Counted from the first letter of the stretch, positions 17,191 through 26,342 are shown. The stretch is 64,000 nt of DNA from a virus (IMGVR_UViG_3300027801_000011:32001-96000); one strand, 5' to 3'. Notes: generated by a model from the sequence alone, not told the origin. Made by a program: numbers and translations.

Positions 17191-18565
17191 ACGAACGACT
17201 TTAAGTCAACTAGTATATAATGAAGAATATGCACGTAAGGTGCTTCCCCATATGAAGGCAGACTATTTCTCAGACAGGACTGAGAAGATCGTGTATCAAG
17301 AGATACAGAAGTTTGTAGAACGATACAATGCCCTACCTACCAAAGAAACCCTTGAGATAGAGATTGACACACGCCGTGATCTGAATGAAGATGACGTTAA
17401 GCGTGTGCTATTGGTGGTCAAGGACTTAGACCCAGATAAGGATGTCAATTTTGAGTGGTTGGTAGAGACTACTGAGAAATTCTGTAAAGACAAGGCTGTG
17501 TATAATGCCATTGTCGAGGGCATATCCATCATTGATGGCAAGGATAAGGATAGGTCAGCAGATGCTATACCTACCATATTGACAGATGCCCTTGCTGTGG
17601 GATTTGACAATAGAGTGGGCCATGATTATCTGCAAGATGCAGAAGAGCGTTTTGATTACTACCACACGATAGAAGAGAAGATACCATTTGATCTGGAATT
17701 CTTTAATAAGATCACGAAGGGTGGACTACCACCTAAGACATTGAACATTGCCCTCGCTGGTACAGGTGTAGGTAAATCGTTGTTTATGTGTCACGTTGCT
17801 GCCAATTGTATGACACAGGGAAAGAATGTCCTGTATATCACACTAGAGATGGCAGAAGAACGTATCGCTGAACGTATAGATGCCAATCTCATGAACATAT
17901 CAATGGAAGACTTACATGATCTACCTAAGACCATGTTTGATTCTAAGATTGGTCGTATCATGAAGAATACCACAGGTCAGCTCATTGTCAAGGAATACCC
18001 TACTGCTGCTGCCCATACAAATCATTTTCGTGGACTGCTTAAGGAATTAGCAGTCAAGAAATCATTTAAACCAGACATCATATTCATAGATTATCTGAAT
18101 ATTTGTGCATCATCACGACTCAAGGGAGCAGCGAATGTCAATTCTTACACGTATATTAAATCAATTGCAGAGGAACTTAGGGGACTTGCTGTTGAGACTA
18201 ACGTACCGATTATGTCTGCTACACAGACTACAAGGTCGGGGTTCTCTAACTCAGACGTTGGGTTGGAAGACACAAGTGAAAGTTTTGGACTTCCTGCTAC
18301 AGCAGACCTCATGTTTGCTCTTATTAGTAACGAAGAGCTTGACGCTCTCAATCAGATCGCAGTTAAACAGTTAAAGAATAGGTATAATGACCCAACTGCC
18401 AATAAGAGATTTGTGATTGGCATAGATCGTGCCAAGATGCGACTCTATGATGTGAAGTTGACTGAACAGGAAGGTATACTGGATGCTAATCTAACTGGTG
18501 ATGTACCAGATGCATTTAGTGAACCAGTATTCGATAAAACAGATTTCGGTGGATTCAAGGTATGA
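17171..18565 (+). CDS. gp41: DnaB-like replicative helicase
   Basis: LAGTGVGKSL, ITLEMAEERIAERIDAN, IFIDYLNIC, SESFGLPATAD, QLKNRY. Confidence 0.97.
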   Translation: MPTQTIERTTLSQLVYNEEYARKVLPHMKADYFSDRTEKIVYQEIQKFVERYNALPTKETLEIEIDTRRDLNEDDVKRVLLVVKDLDPDKDVNFEWLVETTEKFCKDKAVYNAIVEGISIIDGKDKDRSADAIPTILTDALAVGFDNRVGHDYLQDAEERFDYYHTIEEKIPFDLEFFNKITKGGLPPKTLNIALAGTGVGKSLFMCHVAANCMTQGKNVLYITLEMAEERIAERIDANLMNISMEDLHDLPKTMFDSKIGRIMKNTTGQLIVKEYPTAAAHTNHFRGLLKELAVKKSFKPDIIFIDYLNICASSRLKGAANVNSYTYIKSIAEELRGLAVETNVPIMSATQTTRSGFSNSDVGLEDTSESFGLPATADLMFALISNEELDALNQIAVKQLKNRYNDPTANKRFVIGIDRAKMRLYDVKLTEQEGILDANLTGDVPDAFSEPVFDKTDFGGFKV

Positions 18566-18574
18566 GGTTGCCCT

Positions 18575-19816
18575 TTACTTGTCCCAAGACTTGATGGCAG
18601 TAAAGTTATTGTAAGAGAATTCCATACGATCCACTAGTTTGACAGCATCACCAGAGATACGATCAATCGCAACATAACCCTCTGGGTTAGTCACCTTGAA
18701 GCCATCAGCAGTACGTACAAATGTACCCATACCCTTAACAGAATTCAATTTCTTAACAATCATCATCTTACCCTCAACCAATAGGTTCTGAAAGGTGATA
18801 ACCTGTACGAGATTGATGGTATGCTTCTTGACTTCTCTCATGAATTCTTTCTGAATATTCGTGTATTTCTTCTTACCGCCCTCTGATTTGGCTTTATCAA
18901 TCTGCTTCTGTATGCTGGTCATAACCCATTCCTCATATCCCTTGGCATGCTTGGCTGGATTAGTAATGATCTGACCAGCACGTACCTTAGAGTTATTGTA
19001 GGTTTTGAGGGATGCACCAGCAACGGCGCCTGTCATAGAGTTTTGTAGAGCAAGGAAAGATCGTAGTTTAACAGCACTAATCTTTTGGAATGTCTTACCA
19101 GTAGAGGATAGAATCGCTGTGATTTTCTCTGTCTCGCCCGTAGTGAATGTAGACGAACCAGACGTATCCTTATAAGTGGCATCATCCATCCATATAGAAG
19201 AGGGTTTCTTCAAAGAACTGATATTGGCACCAAATGATGCTTTCATTCCTTGGAGTGTACTACCTGTATATGTGGTATGCCATACGATACCTATTTTAGA
19301 CTTTTTTATATAATTACCAAGATCACTATCCACGGGTACAGCATAGACAATAGTGTTAGGTTGAAATGTGATATATTTAATGCCATCGATAGTCTTATTC
19401 TCAGTATCATCAGTCCACATAAGATCGCCCTGTAGAACGCCTTTGATACCAAGTTTAGAGAATTCAGTAAGTGCCACCTTGAATTTACTATTCAATGCAC
19501 CAGATAGATCATCATCAATTTCCTTAATAGACTTATACAATTTGGGATTAACATTAAACACAGACTTTTTGGCAACAAAGAACTTACCATCATCGGGGTC
19601 TATACCAGCAAAGATCGCTGGTGCGCCATCCCATTTGACAGTCATATTAACAGAAGAACGAGAAGAACCAGCCAACATATCACGTAGAGAACGAAGGAAG
19701 TTCAATGCTGCCCTACCACCATCAACACCAAAGTTAATGATCTCATCCTCTAAGTGTTCAAGATGTAAGTTCTTGCCACCTTTATCTTCAGTAATCATTG
19801 TATTAAATTTCATCAT
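18575..19816 (-). CDS. conserved T4-like protein (DUF6267-like) with ligase-type KxDG motif
   Basis: KNLHLEHLED, TVKWDGAPAI, VLQGDLM, FQPNTIVY, PEGYV, VKLVDRMEFS; start reset to 19816. Confidence 0.75.
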   Translation of the reverse strand: MMKFNTMITEDKGGKNLHLEHLEDEIINFGVDGGRAALNFLRSLRDMLAGSSRSSVNMTVKWDGAPAIFAGIDPDDGKFFVAKKSVFNVNPKLYKSIKEIDDDLSGALNSKFKVALTEFSKLGIKGVLQGDLMWTDDTENKTIDGIKYITFQPNTIVYAVPVDSDLGNYIKKSKIGIVWHTTYTGSTLQGMKASFGANISSLKKPSSIWMDDATYKDTSGSSTFTTGETEKITAILSSTGKTFQKISAVKLRSFLALQNSMTGAVAGASLKTYNNSKVRAGQIITNPAKHAKGYEEWVMTSIQKQIDKAKSEGGKKKYTNIQKEFMREVKKHTINLVQVITFQNLLVEGKMMIVKKLNSVKGMGTFVRTADGFKVTNPEGYVAIDRISGDAVKLVDRMEFSYNNFTAIKSWDK

Positions 19817-19821
19817 GCTTC

Positions 19822-19852
19822 TATTTATATCATAAACAATATAGTATGTCAA
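19822..19852 (-). promoter_or_regulatory. composite early/late promoter
   Basis: TTGACA-N17-TATAAA where the -10 is part of a perfect TATAAATA. Confidence 0.7.
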
Positions 19853-19870
19853 GTCACAATAAATAGAATA

Positions 19871-20074
19871 ATGCCAGATAGATACGGAGAAAATACAAGA
19901 GAATGGATGATCATGTATAGTGATATAGAGATGGATAAAGAGTGGCATACGACTGCCTGTATAGGGGTTTGCACGCTCGAGGATGACGTATGCATAGGGT
20001 GTAATAGGACTATGGATGAGATTAGAGAAGCGTATATAGAGAGTATGCGGAGAGATTCCCATATAATCCCATAG
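19871..20074 (+). CDS. DUF1289-like small Cys-rich protein (start may be 19931)
   Basis: CIGVCTL..CIGCNRTMDEI. Confidence 0.65.
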   Translation: MPDRYGENTREWMIMYSDIEMDKEWHTTACIGVCTLEDDVCIGCNRTMDEIREAYIESMRRDSHIIP

Positions 20075-20083
20075 GAACCCATA
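20058..20083 (+). repeat. three CCCATA direct repeats at 10-bp spacing
   Basis: CCCATA at 20058, 20068 and 20078. Confidence 0.7.
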
Positions 20084-20194
20084 AAATAGGGTATTTAAAT
20101 AAAGGTTAAAATAAACATGATGCCGTTGTGATATGAATTTGTAGACTCTCAGCATAAGCTCCACACAGCCCTCAGAATTATTATAGAAAGGGAC

Positions 20195-20223
20195 TTGACA
20201 ATGGCCCCATATAGGTGTATATT
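20195..20223 (+). promoter_or_regulatory. sigma70 promoter
   Basis: CTTGACA-N17-TATATT. Confidence 0.75.
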
Positions 20224-20310
20224 AGGCCATGCTGGGCTTTTAAGGGTAGCTATAGAGTGTAACATTAATACAACACAGAGATAATAAACACAAATAAGCT
20301 AAATGAGTGC

Positions 20311-20339
20311 TTGACATATCCCTGCCAGCCATGTATAGT
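20311..20339 (+). promoter_or_regulatory. sigma70 promoter
   Basis: CTTGACA-N17-TATAGT. Confidence 0.8.
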
Positions 20340-20375
20340 ATTACTATAATGAGGATTAACGGTAAGGATAGAGAG

Positions 20376-20594
20376 ATGACTGAATTAACACTAGTGGCAG
20401 ACGGCTGGATGGAGAAGGGTGTACGAGTGGTATGCTGGAGATATGGTTCATATGACTATGAGATAGAGATATACAATATGAAGCTAACATCTAAGGAGAC
20501 TAAGGTCACTATACCGTATAAGGCCTCCTATGAGGCGACTATCGCCCATGTTAAGGAGATGTGTGCAGCTACTAACGCCTGTTGTGTGTATTAA
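20376..20594 (+). CDS. hypothetical early protein
   Basis: Follows promoter 20311; AAGGA/GAGAG leader. Confidence 0.6.
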   Translation: MTELTLVADGWMEKGVRVVCWRYGSYDYEIEIYNMKLTSKETKVTIPYKASYEATIAHVKEMCAATNACCVY

Positions 20595-20604
20595 AAGAAA
20601 GTAC

Positions 20605-20633
20605 TTGACATATACCTTATAGTGTGTTATAGT
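20605..20633 (+). promoter_or_regulatory. sigma70 promoter
   Basis: CTTGACA-N17-TATAGT. Confidence 0.8.
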
Positions 20634-20639
20634 ACTAAT

Positions 20640-20731
20640 AGAATTGAGAGAGTGATTCGTTAAGGTTGGATGGGTCATGTTAAAGTTCCACAATGGTGGT
20701 GTGACAAGTGAGTCGATCCTCTCTCAGCTCT
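20640..20731 (+). ncRNA. candidate ~92-nt nested-stem small RNA
   Basis: Starts at predicted TSS; four nested helices; no ORF. Confidence 0.55.
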
Positions 20732-20797
20732 CTCTAAGAAGGGTGGCCCCTTTAAACTGGCCGCCAATGTCTAATCTATAAATGTAATAAGTATCCA

Positions 20798-21001
20798 ATG
20801 AAACATCTAACAGCAACTGAAAGGATCAACCCCCCAATGGCCAATTCCCCTATATCTTTAAGCTCCTCAGAGGCAATCACAATATCAGTATTAGAGAAGG
20901 AACTTGGTTCACCCTCTATAGATTCCCGATACAGAGAATGTATCATTAGGAGAATTGAGTACATCAAGGAGAACTTACAGGACAACATGGCCACCCCCTA
21001 A
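20798..21001 (+). CDS. hypothetical protein
   Basis: 67 aa ORF after CTATAAAT. Confidence 0.45.
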   Translation: MKHLTATERINPPMANSPISLSSSEAITISVLEKELGSPSIDSRYRECIIRRIEYIKENLQDNMATP

Positions 21002-21062
21002 AACTGGAAGGGGGCCATATCCCTTAACTGGGAATAAAAATTCAGCTGGCCCAAAAAAAGAC

Positions 21063-21091
21063 TTGACAAGGCTGTTTATATGTGTTACTAT
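21063..21091 (+). promoter_or_regulatory. sigma70 promoter
   Basis: A-tract then CTTGACA-N17-TACTAT. Confidence 0.75.
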
Positions 21092-21124
21092 AACACTTAA
21101 CAATTGAGAAGGAACTACTACACT

Positions 21125-21445
21125 ATGAATGAATACAATATTGGCGACACCGTGTCCTATCTGGACGAATATAACGGAATGAAGTCTGGAGTTATCGCAG
21201 AGGTTGCCTCTGATATGGACTCCTATAACGATATGAAGCTTGAGGATGGTATTCCTTACTATGCTTCGAAGAAGCTGACAGCAGCTGCGAATAAGAAGTT
21301 AAAAAATGAAGCGAAAGCTCCGTTAACCTCTCCCGTATATGCGAAGGTCAAGCCGAAGAACATGGAATCAGTCTTCCTTATTCTGAAGAAGGATTTGGCG
21401 GCTGTTGAGGAGGAGTTTATCATGATGGATGATGTTATTGGATAA
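21125..21445 (+). CDS. hypothetical protein
   Basis: AAGGA SD; YNIGDTVSY (KOW/SH3-like start). Confidence 0.7.
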   Translation: MNEYNIGDTVSYLDEYNGMKSGVIAEVASDMDSYNDMKLEDGIPYYASKKLTAAANKKLKNEAKAPLTSPVYAKVKPKNMESVFLILKKDLAAVEEEFIMMDDVIG

Positions 21446-21983
21446 CCTTATAAGGACTGTGGATGGCGCTCTTAGTGCTGAGCAGTGTGATTACCTTATC
21501 GATATGTTTGAGAGGAACGTAGCTCTTCAAGAGACGCAGATGAATGGCAAAGGCCAATCATTAACCCGTATGAATTTGATGGGTTCCTCTCATACCCCCT
21601 TTAGAGAAGACTTGGATTACTTAACCAAGGTCTTTAGTGCTGGTGTGGAGAAGTACAAGGCTGCATGTGGTATTCAGTCATGGCAGTTCCCGAAGAAGTA
21701 TGCCCTAGAGGCCATAAAAATCAAGCGATACGAGCCTGATACTAATGAGAGCTTCCCCGATCATATAGATGTGATGGATTTAGAGATGAGCCGCCGTTTT
21801 TTGGTGATGTTTATCTACCTTACTGACAATGAGGGTGGTCAGACGTTCGTACAGGACTTTGTAAGCCCCTGTAAGCAAGGCACTATGCTATTGTTCCCAC
21901 CTATGTGGCCTTGGGTTCATTCAGGCGAGTCTCCTGTGAAAACATCTAAGTATATTTTAGGGAGTTATCTGCATTATGTCTAG
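21429..21983 (+). CDS. 2OG-Fe(II) oxygenase (prolyl-4-hydroxylase-like)
   Basis: IKRY..HID..RRFLVMFIYL..GG.T..LLFPPMWPWVHSG..KYILGSYLHY. Confidence 0.88.
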   Translation: MMLLDNLIRTVDGALSAEQCDYLIDMFERNVALQETQMNGKGQSLTRMNLMGSSHTPFREDLDYLTKVFSAGVEKYKAACGIQSWQFPKKYALEAIKIKRYEPDTNESFPDHIDVMDLEMSRRFLVMFIYLTDNEGGQTFVQDFVSPCKQGTMLLFPPMWPWVHSGESPVKTSKYILGSYLHYV

Positions 21984-22626
21984 TTTATCTCGTTTGGCTG
22001 GTTCTGTGACGCCGGGCGCTACATTCAGTGAGAAGTTTAAGGCGAAAGTGGTTGACTTGGAACAGTCGATGCACTATAATACCGAACGAGCCACTGGAAC
22101 TTGCGTTGGTGGCACCGAAGGCTATACGATGGCCGAGATGAACGATGCCCTACGGAATGATATAAGAGAATCAGGCGATTCGTTTCAAGGTCGGAACTCT
22201 TCTACTGCCTCCTTTATGACAAGATGGGACATGCATCAAACCTATGGTTCATTTTCTCTTCTGGGTGATCTAGCAATAGAGGCAGCCGCAGACATACCCC
22301 TGGCGATACGGACGTTTGCTGATGGAAGTCCTAATCCTATATCTCTTTACGTTCAAGAGAGCTGGGGTTTGATATATAATAAGGGTCATACGTGTAAAAC
22401 GCATACGCATTGGCCTTCCACGTGGTCTTACACCTATTGTGTGGATGCATGTGAGAAATGTGCGCCTCTTTGTTTCCCAACAAATGATGGTGTTCATCCT
22501 ATACCCCCAAAGCAAGGGCAGTTAATACTCTTTCCTTCTTGGGTTAATCACTTTGTGCCAGAGCATGAGTGTGATCACGAAAGAATTATGATCTCTGGCA
22601 ACCTAGACGTAGATTGGAAAAAGTAA
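21976..22626 (+). CDS. putative 2OG-Fe(II) oxygenase
   Basis: ESWGLIY..HTHWPSTWS..GQLILFPSWVNHFV..RIMISGN. Confidence 0.85.
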   Translation: MSSLSRLAGSVTPGATFSEKFKAKVVDLEQSMHYNTERATGTCVGGTEGYTMAEMNDALRNDIRESGDSFQGRNSSTASFMTRWDMHQTYGSFSLLGDLAIEAAADIPLAIRTFADGSPNPISLYVQESWGLIYNKGHTCKTHTHWPSTWSYTYCVDACEKCAPLCFPTNDGVHPIPPKQGQLILFPSWVNHFVPEHECDHERIMISGNLDVDWKK

Positions 22627-23273
22627 TGCAAGGTAAAATGAGTTTAAAAGAATTAAGTGCTATGGTTAATGTCAACAATAAGGCGTTCGATGCTAATCGA
22701 CGGCCTGATATGTACCAGCATCCGAAGAACAGACCCTTTCAAGTGGGATATCCGCTCATTCAACAGCATGTTGATCTGCCAGAGGGTGTAGATGAGGAAC
22801 TTATACAGATTATCAAGGGCCGAGGTGATACACAACGTCACAAAACGAACGTCAAAGCGGATATGACGGATTGGTTCATGCAAAAACAGCACCCACAGTT
22901 TCAATTGGTGGGCGATGTAGCGATTGAACTCGCAAAACGTGAGTCTCCCTATGACATGGCGATGGAACTGTTCGATTGTTGGGGTGTCATCTATCAAAAA
23001 GACGATTGGACAAAGGCCCACGATCATTGGCCTCACCCGTGGTCGTTCGTTTATTACATAAGATGCGGAGTAGACGATTCGCCCCTAGCGTTCCCCGATG
23101 GATATCAAGGTGAGCATCATTTGAAGCCTGTTTCTGGTGACATGATCCTCTTTCCAGGCCATTTGAGGCACAAAGTACCCAGACAAACGCATGATTCAGA
23201 GAGAATCATAGTGGCAGGGAACATTTCACCCATGCTTTTACCTTTGGCACACCCTTTTAGAAGGTTTGATTAG
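22626..23273 (+). CDS. putative 2OG-Fe(II) oxygenase, paralog of previous gene
   Basis: DCWGVIY..HDHWPHPWS..GDMILFPGHLRHKV..RIIVAGN. Confidence 0.85.
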   Translation: MQGKMSLKELSAMVNVNNKAFDANRRPDMYQHPKNRPFQVGYPLIQQHVDLPEGVDEELIQIIKGRGDTQRHKTNVKADMTDWFMQKQHPQFQLVGDVAIELAKRESPYDMAMELFDCWGVIYQKDDWTKAHDHWPHPWSFVYYIRCGVDDSPLAFPDGYQGEHHLKPVSGDMILFPGHLRHKVPRQTHDSERIIVAGNISPMLLPLAHPFRRFD

Positions 23274-23289
23274 TCTAAATAAACTTCAC

Positions 23290-23508
23290 ATGACAATAAG
23301 AACCACAAAAACGGGAAACAAGTTTCGTGTAATGGTCTTAGAAGACCCTAATGTTCCAGATGTGTATCTGGAGTATCAGAGCGGACTGAGCTTTGAGGAG
23401 GCACATGAGATGTTAGCCTTCTACGCAGACCAAGGAAAGAATGACTTGGTACTTGAAGAATACTATCCAGATGCTAATCGTATAGGACGCAATCCCGAGC
23501 TCCATTAA
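23290..23508 (+). CDS. hypothetical protein
   Basis: C-terminal RIGRNPELH; precedes gp5. Confidence 0.6.
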   Translation: MTIRTTKTGNKFRVMVLEDPNVPDVYLEYQSGLSFEEAHEMLAFYADQGKNDLVLEEYYPDANRIGRNPELH

Positions 23509-23512
23509 TCCT

Positions 23513-23520
23513 TATAAATA
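23513..23520 (+). promoter_or_regulatory. T4 late promoter
   Basis: TATAAATA 5 nt before gp5 ATG. Confidence 0.75.
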
Positions 23521-23525
23521 GGTTT

Positions 23526-25040
23526 ATGGAAACAGAAAATCAATATTTTATGGGCATGGACGGATTCGTATGGTTCGTTGGTGTTGTTGAAGATCGTAAC
23601 GATCCAGACCAACAAGGCAGGGTTCGAATACGCTGTCTAGGATATCATAGTCAGAACCATCATGAGGTTCCAACAACTGATCTACCTTGGGCTCACGTTA
23701 TGCATCCCGTCACAGACCCTTCTATGCATGGAATGGGCAACAGTCCTTCTTGGCTTGTTGAAGGCTCTTGGATTATCGGATTCTTTCGAGATGCAATAGA
23801 GAAACAACAACCCATCATCATAGGTTCAATGCCTGGCCAACCTTCTGAGGTTGCGAACTACCGAACAGGGTTCAACGATCCTCGACACAAAGAGTCCACT
23901 CAGACAAATGATGCTGGTATTAAAGAATATGCAGCCAACCCAGAAGATGAGGCGGATTACGGCCCCTATCCTTTGGGAGCGATAAAGGATAACTCTCTAC
24001 CAGAAGACAAACAAACGAAATTCAGTAGGTTCTCTGGACACACTGTCGGAGAAACGGACACAAGTCGTTTGGGTAGAGGTATAACATCAGAAAATCATGC
24101 TGCACTATCACGAAGACGCAAGCAACGCCGTACGAAGATACCTACTGCCACCAAACCATTCATACCTACGGTTGAAAACCTTAGTGTAAATGGAACTAAT
24201 AAAGCAGATGTGATGAAACCGTGGGATGAATTGCATCCTAAAGGTCTAACCAAGGATGCATCTCCCTATATCTCAGCCGCTTATCCATACAACCACGTAT
24301 ATGAGAGCGAGTCTGGTCATCTTATGGAGATTGACGATACGCCAGGCGGAGAAAGACTCCACAGAGAGCATATGTCTGGTACGTTTGAAGAGATTCATCC
24401 AAAAGGAGATAAGGTTGTCAAGGTTGTCGGATCGAACTACGAGATTATCGCTGGTTCCTCTAATGTTATTATAACAGGAGATGTAAATCTTACAATAGAA
24501 GGCACGAAGAAAGAACTTATCAAGGGAGATTACGTTCTAGAGGTAGAAGGCGATTATACGAGGAAGATACATAAGAACGAGAGAATGAAAGTTGGGTCTG
24601 GAATAGGTGGCAACCTAGAACAAGAGATTGTTGGAAACAATTCCTTCAATATCAATGGTGCAGTAAAGGGCCGGATTAATAAAGACTCCGATACTACCAT
24701 TGTAGGAAACCAACAACACACCGTAGAGGGATTCCAACGTACTTCTATCACAGGAGACATCGGCAGGAAGTCTACTAAGGGTTCTATTATGGATGAGGCG
24801 TTTGTTAACTACTCTCAACTGTCGATATCTGGTATCATGTCTGTCAAGTCTGGTACAACAGGTAACTTTAAGACTGCTGATGTCATGACAATTCATTCAG
24901 AGGCCGCAACCAATTGGCGTTCCGAAGGCTTGGTTACAGAAACCTTCGAAGCAAGTCATACTAATAACACTACAGGGATTTTCGACTTGAACGTATCGAC
25001 TGAAGTTGATATCGACAGTGCGTTGATTAACTTAAACTAG
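23526..25040 (+). CDS. gp5: baseplate central spike (OB-fold plus beta-helix, no lysozyme domain seen)
   Basis: WFVGVVEDRNDP..GRVR.RC.GYH, DLPWA, YPYNHVYESESGH..DDTPG.ER, V.G repeats. Confidence 0.92.
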   Translation: METENQYFMGMDGFVWFVGVVEDRNDPDQQGRVRIRCLGYHSQNHHEVPTTDLPWAHVMHPVTDPSMHGMGNSPSWLVEGSWIIGFFRDAIEKQQPIIIGSMPGQPSEVANYRTGFNDPRHKESTQTNDAGIKEYAANPEDEADYGPYPLGAIKDNSLPEDKQTKFSRFSGHTVGETDTSRLGRGITSENHAALSRRRKQRRTKIPTATKPFIPTVENLSVNGTNKADVMKPWDELHPKGLTKDASPYISAAYPYNHVYESESGHLMEIDDTPGGERLHREHMSGTFEEIHPKGDKVVKVVGSNYEIIAGSSNVIITGDVNLTIEGTKKELIKGDYVLEVEGDYTRKIHKNERMKVGSGIGGNLEQEIVGNNSFNINGAVKGRINKDSDTTIVGNQQHTVEGFQRTSITGDIGRKSTKGSIMDEAFVNYSQLSISGIMSVKSGTTGNFKTADVMTIHSEAATNWRSEGLVTETFEASHTNNTTGIFDLNVSTEVDIDSALINLN

Positions 25041-25048
25041 GAGATGTT

Positions 25049-25345
25049 ATGCCAGAAGTAACAAGAGTGGAATCAGACCAGCATGTAGGACACGCAAGTC
25101 CTACGCCAGGCCCATTCCACAAAACAGCATATGCAACAGGTTCGCCAGATGTGTTTGTGAATGGTAAAAAGTGTACACGTATTACAGACACTACGGCTTG
25201 TGGTGATCCAGCTGTGGTAGGAAGTGCAACTGTATTTGCAAACGGTCTTAAAGTTCATCGTAAAGGTGACGGGACAGGTGGTCATGCTTCATGGGTTCCT
25301 AATGCTTCTGCATCTGGTTCACCTAATGTGTTTGCTGGAGGTTAA
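25049..25345 (+). CDS. gp5.4: PAAR spike-tip protein
   Basis: GSPDVFVNG..R..D.T.CG..GSATVFANG..HR.GD..GH..GSPNVF. Confidence 0.9.
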   Translation: MPEVTRVESDQHVGHASPTPGPFHKTAYATGSPDVFVNGKKCTRITDTTACGDPAVVGSATVFANGLKVHRKGDGTGGHASWVPNASASGSPNVFAGG

Positions 25346-25347
25346 CT

Positions 25348-26067
25348 ATGGATTTTAATGTACCTAATTTGCCAGGCGCTAGTGCCATATACAATAAGAT
25401 TGCAGCCAAAGTTGCGGATATCGAAAAGGATATTAAAGCAGCGCTAGATATTACGGCTTCTGAAATCAAAGCGATCATGGATGCTAACATGGTAGACCTT
25501 GTGGAAAGAACCAAAGGTCTTATTCCAGAGTTGCCGACTACCACTCCTGTAAATTTTCAAGCAGAGGTGGAAGGTTTGCTTTCTATGGCACCCACTAGTG
25601 CTATCTATGCGGAAAAGCTTGCATCACTAACAACAAGTTTTGGCCCAGGCCTAAAAGATGCTGGATATGCGTTAGATGATTTGGTAGTTGCTGGAGCAGC
25701 TGCATTGAAAGGTGATGCTGCCAGTCTGGCCGGAGCAATACCTAACTTTGAAATACCGCCTGGTTCTCTAGATGCAATTGAAGTTGCACACGCATCTTTA
25801 ATGCCAGACCTGTTAACCTTAAAAGAGGCCGCTCATAAATTTTCGGAAGATGTTTCGGAAGATGATATCAAAGGATTGTTTGGAGATAAGTTCTCTACGG
25901 AAGAATTAAATAAAACCAAAACTGCTATGGAAGCTCATGCGAAACAGATTGAAAAGGTATGGGGAGCTAAAATGAAAAGACTTGGAGTTGAAATTGAAGC
26001 AAGGGCAGAAGAAGTTAGAAAAGATTCACAAAACATCGGCACTTCAGCTGAAGTTATATCACTATAG
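25348..26067 (+). CDS. hypothetical Ala-rich helical protein
   Basis: 239 aa, GGAGG SD, directly after PAAR. Confidence 0.7.
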   Translation: MDFNVPNLPGASAIYNKIAAKVADIEKDIKAALDITASEIKAIMDANMVDLVERTKGLIPELPTTTPVNFQAEVEGLLSMAPTSAIYAEKLASLTTSFGPGLKDAGYALDDLVVAGAAALKGDAASLAGAIPNFEIPPGSLDAIEVAHASLMPDLLTLKEAAHKFSEDVSEDDIKGLFGDKFSTEELNKTKTAMEAHAKQIEKVWGAKMKRLGVEIEARAEEVRKDSQNIGTSAEVISL

Positions 26068-26075
26068 GATTAGTT

Positions 26076-26339
26076 ATGGGTAAGAAGAAATCAAGAGAAG
26101 GACAAACATCGAAAGGTGAGCGTAGGAATGTTGTTGCTGGGAAGGGCCCCGATTGGAGTCCCCTAGAAACTCTACATCATAAGGTAGATGCTTGGAAACG
26201 GGGGAAACCAGTAATGCTAACTATTGCTAACCCTATTAAGAGTGAAACGTCAAAACCATTTGTAAAAGTACAAGCAACAGACGTTTGGGGTAAATATACT
26301 CCTTATCTAATGAAGCACAATCCTGCCGCCGGAGTATAA
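26076..26339 (+). CDS. conserved basic hypothetical protein
   Basis: MGKKKSR..SKGERRNV..AWKRGK.V.LTI.NP. Confidence 0.75.
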   Translation: MGKKKSREGQTSKGERRNVVAGKGPDWSPLETLHHKVDAWKRGKPVMLTIANPIKSETSKPFVKVQATDVWGKYTPYLMKHNPAAGV

Positions 26340-26342
26340 ATA
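26335..26342 (+). promoter_or_regulatory. T4 late promoter
   Basis: TATAAATA overlapping stop codon, before gp25. Confidence 0.75.

Noticed and set aside
19817-20164. N-terminal 116-aa extension of ORF 18575-20164
   Set aside because: Runs through the gene's own promoter and a plus-strand gene; recognisable sequence starts at 19816
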